Shown: positions 28,805 through 38,297, numbered from the stretch's first letter. The stretch: 60,019 nt of DNA from Clostridia bacterium (GCA_017414385.1 JAFQMO010000152.1:1-60019), one strand, 5' to 3'. Notes: generated by a model from the letters alone, not told the origin. Made by a program: numbers and translations.

Positions 28805-29335
28805 ATGCAGCCCTTGTTTTTCCGTTTTTTCATTTCTGTTTTTCTGTGCATCTTCCCGATACTTCTGTTCGGATGCCAATCAATCCCCGATGCACAGACA
28901 CTTCTGTCGTTTTCATCGGAGTCCTTTCAGTGCGGCTTTACTGTCACCTCCGGCGACGAACAGGTTTCCGCATCGCTTTCGAGAGACATAGAGGGAGATA
29001 CACTCACGGTGACCGGGGAATACAGCTGTGTAGTTTATCGTTTTATCAATAACCAACCGTATTTGTATACCGCAGCCTCTGAGGAAGAGGCGGCACTCCT
29101 TATCCCCATTACACTCCCAAGTGACTGCGGCTCTGCCTATTGGCGCTCTTTGTTTTGTGTTCTGCCGACAGATACGATGCAGACAACCGTACAAAGCGGT
29201 GTCTGTCATCTCACCGATACAGAAAACGCATACAGCGCACAATTCACGTACGACGGTACTCCGATCTGTATTTCCGACGGACGGTCGACCGTATCAATCA
29301 CATCGTTTTCCTTCCTCCCGAGTGACGAAACGTAG
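28805..29335 (+). CDS. Hypothetical lipoprotein
   Basis: Signal peptide with lipobox (FPILLFGCQS) and six further Cys residues. AGGAGG ends only 1 nt before the ATG at 28805, so the TTG at 28814 may be the real start. Confidence 0.6.
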   Translation: MQPLFFRFFISVFLCIFPILLFGCQSIPDAQTLLSFSSESFQCGFTVTSGDEQVSASLSRDIEGDTLTVTGEYSCVVYRFINNQPYLYTAASEEEAALLIPITLPSDCGSAYWRSLFCVLPTDTMQTTVQSGVCHLTDTENAYSAQFTYDGTPICISDGRSTVSITSFSFLPSDET

Positions 29336-29344
29336 AAACATAGA

Positions 29345-30508
29345 ATGGATATCAACATGGAACTGTTATCGAAACAACGCAAAGCCAAGCTTGAGGCATA
29401 TATCAGTCTGGAAAACCTCATACACAATTTCTCTGTCATACGGACTCAGACACAGAGCCGCGTCTGTTGTGTGATCAAGGCGGATGCTTACGGTCACGGT
29501 GCATGGCAGTGTGCGCGTACCCTCGCGGCGGCAGGTGCCGATTTCTTTGCGGTCTCCTCGATTGCCGAAGCGGAGGAGGTCCGTCTCGCGCTATCCGATT
29601 ACGGCAATGCCGTCGATATTCTCATCCTCGGATACACGCTTCCCGAGGATGCCGATCTGCTGATTCGTTACAACATCACACAAACCGTGTTTTCCAAGGA
29701 ATATGCGCAGGCGCTGTGCGCAGCGATCCGCGAATACAAGCTGGAAGGAATTCTGTCTGCAGATGAACGGCTGAAGATTCATATCAAGATCGATACCGGC
29801 ATGAACCGTCTCGGTTATCCGTGTGATGCCATAGAGGATATCTGCTCTCTGTCAAATATCCGCGATTTCGAAATAGAAGGCATCTTCACGCATTTCGCAC
29901 AGTCTGACCTGCCCGATTCCAAAATGACCGAAGCGCAATTTGCAGCATTTTCCTCCACTGTCCAAGAGCTGCAGACAAACGGTATGTGTTTTCGGCTTCG
30001 CCACGTCTGCAATTCTGCCGCAATCACCAATTTCCCGCATATGCATTTGGATATGGTACGTTACGGCATTGAGCTATACGGTCTCCGTCCGTCAAACGAA
30101 ACTGTTTTGCCGGATATCCGCCCCGTTATGACCTTGAAAACTGTGATCTCACACATTCACGATGTCAAAGCAGGCGAAACGATCGGGTATGGCGGCACAT
30201 ATTCTCCCACGCAAGATATTCGTATCGCAACGCTTCCGATCGGTTATGCCGACGGATTTGTCCGTGCATATGCAGACGGCGGCAGTGTACGTATCCACGG
30301 AAGCTGCGCTCCGATCCGCGGACGGATTTGCATGGATCAGTGCACCGTCGAGATCACGGATATTCCAAACGTACGGATCGGAGAGGAGGCAATCCTGTTC
30401 GGAGAAAACGCCCCTTCCGCCGACGAAATTGCAGCAAGAGCCGGTACCATCGGCTACGAGGTCCTCTGTCTGATCGGGAAACGGGTTCCGCGTGTGTATA
30501 CCAAATGA
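29345..30508 (+). CDS. alr: Alanine racemase
   Basis: 387 aa. PLP-lysine motif VIKADAYGHGA, the DTGMNRLG block, and a C-terminal beta domain (GYGGTY ... ATLPIGYADG ... RICMDQ). Confidence 0.95.
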   Translation: MDINMELLSKQRKAKLEAYISLENLIHNFSVIRTQTQSRVCCVIKADAYGHGAWQCARTLAAAGADFFAVSSIAEAEEVRLALSDYGNAVDILILGYTLPEDADLLIRYNITQTVFSKEYAQALCAAIREYKLEGILSADERLKIHIKIDTGMNRLGYPCDAIEDICSLSNIRDFEIEGIFTHFAQSDLPDSKMTEAQFAAFSSTVQELQTNGMCFRLRHVCNSAAITNFPHMHLDMVRYGIELYGLRPSNETVLPDIRPVMTLKTVISHIHDVKAGETIGYGGTYSPTQDIRIATLPIGYADGFVRAYADGGSVRIHGSCAPIRGRICMDQCTVEITDIPNVRIGEEAILFGENAPSADEIAARAGTIGYEVLCLIGKRVPRVYTK

Positions 30509-30546
30509 TATCATAACCCAAACAACGCAAAAAGCGTTTCTGAAAA

Positions 30547-30590
30547 CCAAAAAGGACAACGTCAAAATACGTTGTCCTTTTTCTTTTAAA
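30547..30590. terminator. Bidirectional rho-independent terminator between the convergent alr and SGNH hydrolase genes
   Basis: AAAAA-GGACAACGT-CAAAAT-ACGTTGTCC-TTTTTCTTTT. The stem is a perfect 9 bp (30554-30562 / 30569-30577) with an A-tract upstream and a T-tract downstream. Confidence 0.85.
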
Positions 30591-30647
30591 AAAATAACAG
30601 CAGCTTCATGCTCCGAAAACCGTATATCACACAAAATCGCCGCATCA

Positions 30648-31400
30648 TCAAGCATACTTGACATCACCAAGATCGCAAAGCATCGAATCGGCAGCCTCCT
30701 GAAATGCCTCCGAAATCAGCGCGTGTCCCTGCTCATTCGGATGGATACCGTCCATACACAAAAGGTCGTGATAATTGTGCTTATCCAAAAAAGCAGACCG
30801 CAGATCAACATAGGTACATCCCATCTGATATGCAAGCTTCGTCACAGCAGAGGAATAGAGCTCCTGAAAGCGATAGATCATTTGCACATCTCCGCCAAGC
30901 CATGAGAGTATTTTCTCCTTATCCGTTCCCTCTGTCGTTGCGACAATATGATCGATATACCGTTCCGCATGGATGGGGGGAAGAGATACCAAAACAGGCT
31001 TGATCTGTACGGTCCGCAGCGCTGCAATCATATTCTTCATTGTTTCACAAAAGGTATCCAGTGTTGTCATGGGAATATGATCTCCCTTCGGCGCATCCGA
31101 AACAGCCTTCCAATCGAAATTACAGTCGTTCCCGCCGTACTCCAATACGAGCACATCACACGGCTTTGTTTTTTGCAGTGCACGAGACAGCAGTGCCCAT
31201 CCGCGGTCGATGGTGTATCCGAATTTCGACTTGTTGATGATATCCACACCGTATCGATCGGACACCGCAGAAAAATCGTCCCCGCGCATCGGAACATAGC
31301 GGCCTGTCGTACGATCCATCACGATCCCCTTCAAAATCGAATCTCCGTAAATGTGCATTACCTTTTTTTGTTCATGATCGATATGCGTCATCAACTCCAT
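30648..31400 (-). CDS. SGNH/GDSL-family hydrolase
   Basis: Block I is HIYGDSILKG (GDS), block III is EYGGNDC, and block V is DGIHPN (DxxH). The ATG at 31400 (MELMTHIDHEQKK) has AGGAGGAG 7 nt upstream. The track start at 31424 lies over this SD. Confidence 0.85.
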   Translation of the reverse strand: MELMTHIDHEQKKVMHIYGDSILKGIVMDRTTGRYVPMRGDDFSAVSDRYGVDIINKSKFGYTIDRGWALLSRALQKTKPCDVLVLEYGGNDCNFDWKAVSDAPKGDHIPMTTLDTFCETMKNMIAALRTVQIKPVLVSLPPIHAERYIDHIVATTEGTDKEKILSWLGGDVQMIYRFQELYSSAVTKLAYQMGCTYVDLRSAFLDKHNYHDLLCMDGIHPNEQGHALISEAFQEAADSMLCDLGDVKYA

Positions 31401-31529
31401 AAAATCTCCTCCTATCATACACATAACAGAATGTCTGTCTCTTTATCATCTCGTTTTCAATACTATTTTATAACATATTTCAATCTTTGTCAAGAGGTTT
31501 TTGTTGTATTTTTATTTTGTTTTCAATTT

Positions 31530-31565
31530 CGAAACAAAATAACGGCAGATCTCACGATCTGCCGT
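31530..31565 (-). terminator. Rho-independent terminator after the 94-aa ORF
   Basis: Minus strand has ACGGCAGATC-GTGA-GATCTGCCGT, a perfect 10-bp stem (31565-31542), followed by TATTTTGTTTCG. Confidence 0.75.
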
Positions 31566-31638
31566 CAGTATACACCGTTTCAGGTACAAATATACAAATA
31601 CTCTGTTTTGCCGAAAACGAACTGTTCCTTCGTTATCG

Positions 31639-31923
31639 TTATTCACCAAGCTCTTTCTTGAGCCACACAGTTCCGATATCCAACGCAGCAAAAAAGCCGT
31701 TACGCTGTCCCTGCTTCAGGCAAGTATGCTTCTCATCGGTGGAAAGCACCTGGATCAAAACATCATCGGGAACCTCCTTGCCGTCCACAACCTTATTGGA
31801 AAGCACCAAGAGGAAAAGAACCGCTTTATCCTCCATATCTCCCCAAACATACGCGTTATCCTGACGAATCAGCGGCTTACCTTGATACATCAGGTAGCTT
31901 CCGTTGACGATTCCTTTTGCCAT
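31639..31923 (-). CDS. Hypothetical 94-aa protein
   Basis: MAKGIVNGSYLMYQGKPLIRQDNAYVWGDMEDKAVLFLLVLSNKVVDGKEVPDDVLIQVLSTDEKHTCLKQGQRNGFFAALDIGTVWLKKELGE. SD GGAAAGGAAGG is upstream of the ATG at 31923. It has no TM and no motif I recognise. It lies 88 nt downstream of murA. Confidence 0.55.
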   Translation of the reverse strand: MAKGIVNGSYLMYQGKPLIRQDNAYVWGDMEDKAVLFLLVLSNKVVDGKEVPDDVLIQVLSTDEKHTCLKQGQRNGFFAALDIGTVWLKKELGE

Positions 31924-32011
31924 TGATTCTACCTTCCTTTCCTTCACAAACACGAACGTGCAACGCACCGTTCTCTCATAACAGATTTCCCTTGATCGAT
32001 CTCATTCTCCA

Positions 32012-33301
32012 TCAGTTTGCCTTCTCGTACATATAGGGATCGGGGAGATTGATCTTTCGGATATCCGCACCGACACCGCGTAATTTTCCGACGATATCAT
32101 CGTAACCGCGCTCAATATGGTGGATTTCTTCAATCTCTGTCTTTCCCTTTGCAGAAAGTGCGGCAATGATCATCGCTGCACCGGCACGAAGATCTACTGC
32201 GCGGACCGGAGCCGATGACAGTGCACCGATCCCCTCAACAATAGCAGTTCTTCCGTCGACCTTGATCTTGGCACCCATTCTCTTCAATTCCTCAACATAA
32301 CGGAACCGGTTATCCCAAACCCCTTCATACAGGGTCGACACACCGTTTGCCATGCACAGCAGCACACACATCTGCGGCTGTACATCCGTCGGAAATCCGG
32401 GATACGGCAATGTACGAATATTTACACGTGTCAAGGTATCAACGCCGGATACGATCACAGCATCGTCAAGCTCCTCGACCCGAATCCCCATTTCCTCCAT
32501 CTTTGCAGAAATGGACTCCAAATGCTTGGGGATCACATTATTGATACGCAGCGTACCGCGCGTTGCGGCAGCAGCGATCATGAAGGTCGCAGCCTCGATC
32601 ATATCGGGAATGATCGCATAAGTACAGCCGTGCATCTTCTCAACACCCTTGATCTTGATGACGTCCGTTCCCGCGCCGGAGATCTTTGCTCCGCACGCAT
32701 TCAAAAAGTTCGCCAGATCAACCACATGCGGCTCCCTTGCCGCATTCTCAATGACAGTCATTCCCTTGGCACGGACTGCCGCTATGATAACATTGATGGT
32801 CGCACCGACGGAGCTGTTATCAAAATAGATCTGTCCGCCCTGCACACCATTTTCCGCCTTCGCTTCAATGCAACCGTTATCCACAGTCACAGTCGCTCCA
32901 AGCGCCTCAAATCCCTTAATATGCTGATCGATCGGTCTGACGCCGAAATCACAGCCTCCGGGGAATCCCGCAGATGCGCGGCCGAAGCGTCCGAGCTCTG
33001 CACCAATGACATAATAAGAAGCGCGCATCTTCCTGACCAATTCATAGGGCGCGCTTCCGCCCATAATGGAACGCGTATTGATCTCGACGGTTGTCGGGTT
33101 GATCCTGCGGACCTCCGCACCCATCGAACGCAAAATATCCAAGGAGATGGTAACATCACTGATATTCGGCAGATTTTCAAGAACACAGCGATCCTCTACA
33201 ACAATAGAGGAAAGAATCACTGCAACAGCGGCATTCTTCATCCCGCTGATCTCTACAGCACCCATCAAGGGTTTTCCGCCGTTTATGACGATTTTTTCCA
33301 T
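32012..33301 (-). CDS. murA: UDP-N-acetylglucosamine 1-carboxyvinyltransferase
   Basis: MEKIVINGGKPLMGAVEISGMKNAAV, the active-site loop KMRASYYVIGAELGRFGRASAGFPGGCDFGVRPIDQH (catalytic Cys), and the C-terminal block LRAGAAMIIAAL. The ATG at 33301 has GGAAGGTG upstream. Confidence 0.97.
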   Translation of the reverse strand: MEKIVINGGKPLMGAVEISGMKNAAVAVILSSIVVEDRCVLENLPNISDVTISLDILRSMGAEVRRINPTTVEINTRSIMGGSAPYELVRKMRASYYVIGAELGRFGRASAGFPGGCDFGVRPIDQHIKGFEALGATVTVDNGCIEAKAENGVQGGQIYFDNSSVGATINVIIAAVRAKGMTVIENAAREPHVVDLANFLNACGAKISGAGTDVIKIKGVEKMHGCTYAIIPDMIEAATFMIAAAATRGTLRINNVIPKHLESISAKMEEMGIRVEELDDAVIVSGVDTLTRVNIRTLPYPGFPTDVQPQMCVLLCMANGVSTLYEGVWDNRFRYVEELKRMGAKIKVDGRTAIVEGIGALSSAPVRAVDLRAGAAMIIAALSAKGKTEIEEIHHIERGYDDIVGKLRGVGADIRKINLPDPYMYEKAN

Positions 33302-33499
33302 GAAAAGCACCTTCCGGTAATCACCGGACGCAAGGTCCGGGTTGTTTTATGTGTGCGGACCATACCGCAGCCTCGGAACCGGCATGCACCGTTCCCGACT
33401 ATAACAGGCCACATACGGATCGTATCTGACCAATACTATCATAAGCAAATAATATACAAAAAACGAATATTAACAAAATTGACATAGTACGCTCTGTAT

Positions 33500-33528
33500 A
33501 GTATACCATCTATTCCCTTCTGATGGAA
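33500..33528 (-). promoter_or_regulatory. Candidate extended -10 promoter for murA
   Basis: Minus strand reads TGGTATACT (-10 at 33505-33500) inside the 14-nt string ATGGTATACTATAC, which is identical to the hup promoter core. The -35 is poor (TTCCAT). This predicts a leader of about 190 nt. Confidence 0.4.
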
Positions 33529-33584
33529 GAGAAATGCGTATTTTTTTACTTTTTATTAAAACTTTTTTTACATTTTCTTTTTTG

Positions 33585-34598
33585 TCACGAAGCATCTGTC
33601 TGTACAACCACATTTCCCGTCACCGCATCGCAAAGGATTTCCTCCCCGACCGACGAGGTCCCGCCGTTATCAACACGGTAAACAAACCGCCATGCAGGAC
33701 GGACATACAGCGTTCCGTTGTCATCCCAGAGCATATAATATGTCCTCTCCATCGTATCAATCGTCCGTGCGGTCAACGGCTGAGCAGAATCACCGAGAGA
33801 CTGCTGCTTTGCATAACGCTGCTTTTCCGAGAAAAGGATGTTGATCTGATCGAGCTTTTGTGTACGGTAGACCTCGTTCGGAAAGCAGTGCACCCATGTT
33901 CCACGCAAGCAGCATACAGTATCATCCTTGACAACCACACATACACCTGTCCCGTATATATCCGTCGCATTCCGCGCGTTTCCGCGTGCGATCTCCTCAC
34001 CGAAGAAAAGGCAATAGATATCCTCAGAGGGACGATACAAACACTCTGTCAAGCGTGGGCGGAGATGTACATTGCCTTCGTCGGAAGAGGCCGTCATTCC
34101 GGAAAGGAACAGCAATGCCGTCTCCTCTGCAGATGCTGCAGCCGAACCACCGTCTGCAACCACAAACCCGTCACGCTCCCCCGATAGAAAACGCTCCGCG
34201 ATCATATTCTCCGCATCACAGCCATTTTTGATATAGGTAAAATACAAATTCTTAAAATACTCTGCACGGTCTCCATTTTCAAACACGACAGACATCCCGT
34301 TCGCAGAGGGCAGCATATATGTACCGGAGATCGCGGAATCCGTCAGCCGCGCTAGTGCTTGACGGTACGAATCCTCGGACACCGGGATGCTGAAAACGTA
34401 GTCCTTATAGATCCTCGTTGGAATCGTATCAACATCGATCTCGATCCCGCTATCAGCAAGAAGCACGGCAACATCCGCTGCCGCTGTCCGACTGATCACA
34501 TTTTCATCCCGATACTGCCGATACAGCATAACGCCGAGGATCACATCGGCAAATACCAGACAAACGATCAAAAGCCATCGGATACGTCCCCAATTCAT
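33585..34598 (-). CDS. YycI-like membrane-anchored protein (putative regulator of the upstream kinase)
   Basis: The N-terminus MNWGRIRWLLIVCLVFADVILGVMLY follows the YycI pattern (M-D/N-W-x-R/K-I/T-K/R-x-hydrophobic TM). It has a single TM and an extracytoplasmic domain of about 300 aa. It is the last gene after RR-HK-YycH-like. The ATG at 34598 has GGGGTGA upstream; an alternative TTG lies at 34616. Confidence 0.5.
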   Translation of the reverse strand: MNWGRIRWLLIVCLVFADVILGVMLYRQYRDENVISRTAAADVAVLLADSGIEIDVDTIPTRIYKDYVFSIPVSEDSYRQALARLTDSAISGTYMLPSANGMSVVFENGDRAEYFKNLYFTYIKNGCDAENMIAERFLSGERDGFVVADGGSAAASAEETALLFLSGMTASSDEGNVHLRPRLTECLYRPSEDIYCLFFGEEIARGNARNATDIYGTGVCVVVKDDTVCCLRGTWVHCFPNEVYRTQKLDQINILFSEKQRYAKQQSLGDSAQPLTARTIDTMERTYYMLWDDNGTLYVRPAWRFVYRVDNGGTSSVGEEILCDAVTGNVVVQTDAS

Positions 34599-34619
34599 TT
34601 CCGTTTCACCCCGCAATCC

Positions 34620-36374
34620 TCATTCACGCAATACCCATTCCGCCGCAAGCACTGTATCCGCGTCGGCGCCTCGGATATCCCAAAGATAGCACAGTCGGAA
34701 CTCACCCCTCATCCCATCAACGGGAGGAACATCAACATCCGCTCCGATATTGTGTTCGGGAGAAATCGCATCGCCCGCTTCAAGGCGGATTGCATCGGCA
34801 ACAATGGACTGAGGAAGAACACAGGCAAAGGTATCGGTATACATAACGTTGGCAGAACGAAGCTGCAGGCGTCGGATCATACCGCCGGAAGCCTCAAGAG
34901 TCAATGCACGTATGGGAACACCGTGCTCATCAGTCACAGCAATCCCGCCTGCTGTGTAAACATAGGTAATCACAATCACATCGTATCCGTCTGACGGTAT
35001 CATACCGACGCTATACAGCATACATTGCAGATCCCCGCCGCACAAAGCGGCGTTCTGTTCCTTGAGCAAAGACAACAGGCTGTCTGCCGCACACAGATAT
35101 TCGGACAAGCGGTAATTACCACCGATACTGGCATATCCAAGATAATCGGCGACGGATAGGCCACCGTCTCCCATCGCGGTGTAATCAATCATACCGTCAT
35201 GTGAAAAAACAAGACGTCCCTCCGCATTCAGATAAACACGATCCCCCTGTGTGTCTGTGTAATAGTTATCGGTGTCCTTATTGCGAACACCCAACAATGA
35301 CAAGACATTTTTGGCAGAGCTGTTCGTTGTTTCATCAAAAAACAAAAGCTCATGGAATCGGACCTGCTTTGTCTGCAGCTGCGGCAGCTCATATACACCA
35401 TCCATCCACAATGCCGTTTCGGCTTCGGAGAAAAGCGGAATGCTTCCTTCTCTCTCGGAAAAAAACGCTGCGGTATTTGCGTTTGAAAAATGATCCCGCG
35501 CATCATCAATATATGCGGAAAGGGTTCGGATCGGTTCCATATCCCCGCGCACATCCGTCTCGACAAACTCGTTTTCCGCACGCGGCACATGCAGACCGGG
35601 AACAATTGCCTCGGCCTCGTCTGCCGATGTACCGTTTTCCAACGTGCCGTCGCCCTCACACAGCAGATCCATCATTCTTTGATACTGCTCTTGATCTGCG
35701 GTAAACACAAAAACATTTCCGTTATCATCTCTTGCAACAGCAGATACCGTTGTATACTCCGATGCTTGCACATCATCCGAAAGAGCGGCAGCTGCCCCCT
35801 CTATGATGAGATCGAGAGAATCGGCCTCGATAAAGAAAAGCTCCTTTATGTACGCAGAGGCTCCCATTGTCGTTTCATTGAGCACAGACATCTGGACATC
35901 TGCCCCATGTGTCGAAGAAAAGGTGTAAGCACGAATGACGTATACCGGAAGCGCACCGTGATAACGAAGGTAAAACAACCGCGGTTCTACACTGCACCCT
36001 TTCCATAACGCATCTCCGATACTCTGCGGAAGCTGACAACAACCGCTTCCCTGCCCAAACAGCACATCGATCAGAGGATAGAGCACCTCATACGCTTTTG
36101 CCACATTCTCAGACGCATACAAGCATTCAAGCACACCGCCGTTACGGCACGCAATCCTTTCGGGAATCACACGTGTATGGTCCATTCCCTCAAAATATCC
36201 CGTTGCGGCACCGCTTTCATAAACGACCATGCGGTCTTCGGGCAGCAGACTTTCATTCTGCACAGAACGGTGATCCAGCATCAAAAGAACCAAAAGGAGC
36301 ATCATGATAACGCACAGTGCAAATATCACAACAGATTTCACAATTTCCGTAATCCTCATCACGTACTCTTTCAC
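34620..36374 (-). CDS. YycH-like membrane-anchored protein (assigned by position; sequence otherwise unrecognised)
   Basis: 584 aa with a single N-terminal TM (IVKSVVIFALCVIMMLLLVLLML) and a large extracytoplasmic region. It lies directly after the kinase gene (33-nt gap). The start is either GTG 36374 or ATG 36359. Confidence 0.4.
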   Translation of the reverse strand: MKEYVMRITEIVKSVVIFALCVIMMLLLVLLMLDHRSVQNESLLPEDRMVVYESGAATGYFEGMDHTRVIPERIACRNGGVLECLYASENVAKAYEVLYPLIDVLFGQGSGCCQLPQSIGDALWKGCSVEPRLFYLRYHGALPVYVIRAYTFSSTHGADVQMSVLNETTMGASAYIKELFFIEADSLDLIIEGAAAALSDDVQASEYTTVSAVARDDNGNVFVFTADQEQYQRMMDLLCEGDGTLENGTSADEAEAIVPGLHVPRAENEFVETDVRGDMEPIRTLSAYIDDARDHFSNANTAAFFSEREGSIPLFSEAETALWMDGVYELPQLQTKQVRFHELLFFDETTNSSAKNVLSLLGVRNKDTDNYYTDTQGDRVYLNAEGRLVFSHDGMIDYTAMGDGGLSVADYLGYASIGGNYRLSEYLCAADSLLSLLKEQNAALCGGDLQCMLYSVGMIPSDGYDVIVITYVYTAGGIAVTDEHGVPIRALTLEASGGMIRRLQLRSANVMYTDTFACVLPQSIVADAIRLEAGDAISPEHNIGADVDVPPVDGMRGEFRLCYLWDIRGADADTVLAAEWVLRE

Positions 36375-36407
36375 CGTTCCTCACTCCCTTTCTTCTGCGA
36401 TTACAGT

Positions 36408-38273
36408 TTATGCTATGGTATCGATTTGATCAAGGTTTGCATCCGCAAGCGAAGAACGGATCGGAAGCACGACCGTCAGCTCCGTTCCTTTACCGACCAC
36501 ACTGTTCAAACGGATCATACCGCCGTGCGCCTCAACCATTTCCTTTGCAATGGCAAGACCGAGACCTGTTCCGCCGGCACCCGTGGTTCTTGATTTTTCG
36601 ACACGGTAAAACCGCTCAAACAGATGAGGCTGATCCTCCCGTGGGACACCGATACCGTTATCTCGGATACTGACAGCAACATGCGTTGCATTCGCTACAC
36701 CGCGGATAACGATACGGCCGCCGTCCGGCGTGTACTTTATCGCATTGGTGATAATATTCAAAAACACCTGTTCAATACGATCTCTGTCAGCTGTAATTTC
36801 CGGCAGCTCCTGCTCGATACGCATCAAGAGCGTATGACGGTGCTCCTCGACATCGGAACGAACGACCTCACACAAGCGCTTCAGCACCGCCTCCACCCTG
36901 AACGTAGAGATCTCCCACTTTGTCCGCTGATTATCCAGCCGCGACAACACCAAAAGATCATCAACAATACGTTTCATTCGATCACTTTCCGTGACCGCCA
37001 TTTCCAAAAAGCTCTGCCGCATCTCATCCGGCATATCGGGATAGAGCATAACCGTTTCCGCAGCACCCTTGATCGATGTCAGCGGCGTACGAAGCTCATG
37101 TGAAACATTTGCAACAAATTCGCGTCGGCTGCGATCAAGCTCGTAGCGTCCCGTAATGTCGTGCCAAAGCGTAATGATACCGGAATGGACCTCATTTTCC
37201 TCCATATAACGGAAGTTTCCGAGTGAAACGTCAAATACACGTTCCTTGAGCGTAACCTCGTGTAAAATGTGGCCCTCATCCCGTTCTGAGAGGTTCTTTT
37301 CCATTTCTTCCCGAAATGCGGGAGAGTCCTCTATACCGCAAATAGAAAGCATTTTCGAAAATGTAAGGATCTGTTCTGTCTGCGCGGTACTCAAATAACC
37401 GTCGATTTGAGAGAACAGCTCTCTCGCCGTTGTATTCAAATGCATGATCGTTCCGTCATCACGGAATGCGATCACAGCATCCTTCAGGTAGAGAAAGACC
37501 GTTTCCAGCTTTTTCTGTTCTCCCGATACCTGATCAAGGGTGTTTTTCAGAACGTGCTTCATGTGATTGAACGTATCCGTCAAGGTGCCGATCTCATCCT
37601 GCGAATGTACATCGATCTCCTGTTCAAACACACCCGCCGCAACCTGCTGTGCACCTCGGGTCAGGCTTTGAATAGGCGCAGTAATGGTCTTTGCAAGGAA
37701 AAACGACAGCACGACCGCAAACAGTGTTCCAAACAAAAGTGCCTGCATAATGATCGTGAAGAGCATCCAAATCATATCCTGCATCTCACCCTTATTGTCA
37801 CGCACATAGATCAAAGCACTGTTTTCACCGCCCGATATGCGGACACAATAATCGAGAAATTCCGCACCAAGCCGCTGCTGTGTGCCGTTTCTGCCATTCA
37901 TCACAGACAGAATATTCTCCGTCAGATAAACGGTTTTTCCAATCTCGAACATCTCTGAAGGATCAGACGCTGCAATAACAAGACCGTCCTCATTGAGCAC
38001 GGCACAGCTTCGGAAATCATCCAAACCAAGCGTAGCAGAATATGCGTTGATCACCATTTCCAACGCAGCCGCGCCGTCATTTTGTTCTATGGAACGGTCC
38101 AGGTATTCCGTGAATTCCGAATCCTTTGCAAAGCAAGCTTCCATCTGCGAAGAAAACTCATCGGCAAAATACTCCGATACACCATTGAGCAGGACCGTAC
38201 CAACCACTGCCATTACGGTAATTACGAATATGATCAAAATTAAAATAATCTTGAAATAAAGACTGCGGTACAA
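36408..38273 (-). CDS. walK: Sensor histidine kinase, WalK-like architecture
   Basis: 621 aa. Domain order is TM1, an extracytoplasmic domain of about 150 aa, TM2, HAMP, PAS (LKDAVIAFRDDGTIMHLN), H-box FVANVSHELRTPLTSI, then N/G boxes (NAIKYTP, DNGIGV, GTGLGLAIAKEMVEAHGG). Confidence 0.7.
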   Translation of the reverse strand: MYRSLYFKIILILIIFVITVMAVVGTVLLNGVSEYFADEFSSQMEACFAKDSEFTEYLDRSIEQNDGAAALEMVINAYSATLGLDDFRSCAVLNEDGLVIAASDPSEMFEIGKTVYLTENILSVMNGRNGTQQRLGAEFLDYCVRISGGENSALIYVRDNKGEMQDMIWMLFTIIMQALLFGTLFAVVLSFFLAKTITAPIQSLTRGAQQVAAGVFEQEIDVHSQDEIGTLTDTFNHMKHVLKNTLDQVSGEQKKLETVFLYLKDAVIAFRDDGTIMHLNTTARELFSQIDGYLSTAQTEQILTFSKMLSICGIEDSPAFREEMEKNLSERDEGHILHEVTLKERVFDVSLGNFRYMEENEVHSGIITLWHDITGRYELDRSRREFVANVSHELRTPLTSIKGAAETVMLYPDMPDEMRQSFLEMAVTESDRMKRIVDDLLVLSRLDNQRTKWEISTFRVEAVLKRLCEVVRSDVEEHRHTLLMRIEQELPEITADRDRIEQVFLNIITNAIKYTPDGGRIVIRGVANATHVAVSIRDNGIGVPREDQPHLFERFYRVEKSRTTGAGGTGLGLAIAKEMVEAHGGMIRLNSVVGKGTELTVVLPIRSSLADANLDQIDTIA

Positions 38274-38297
38274 AAAAGATCACCGTCTTTCTCTGAT

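Noticed and set aside
33311-33420. GC-rich 110-nt island considered as a tRNA, SRP RNA or other small RNA gene
   Set aside because: It has no T-loop (GGTTCGAAT-like) or D-loop signature, no cloverleaf, and no SRP domain IV motif. The GGTCCGG string is only a superficial resemblance to that motif. It lies directly between a promoter element and the murA SD, so a 5-prime leader is the economical reading; see the murA leader finding.
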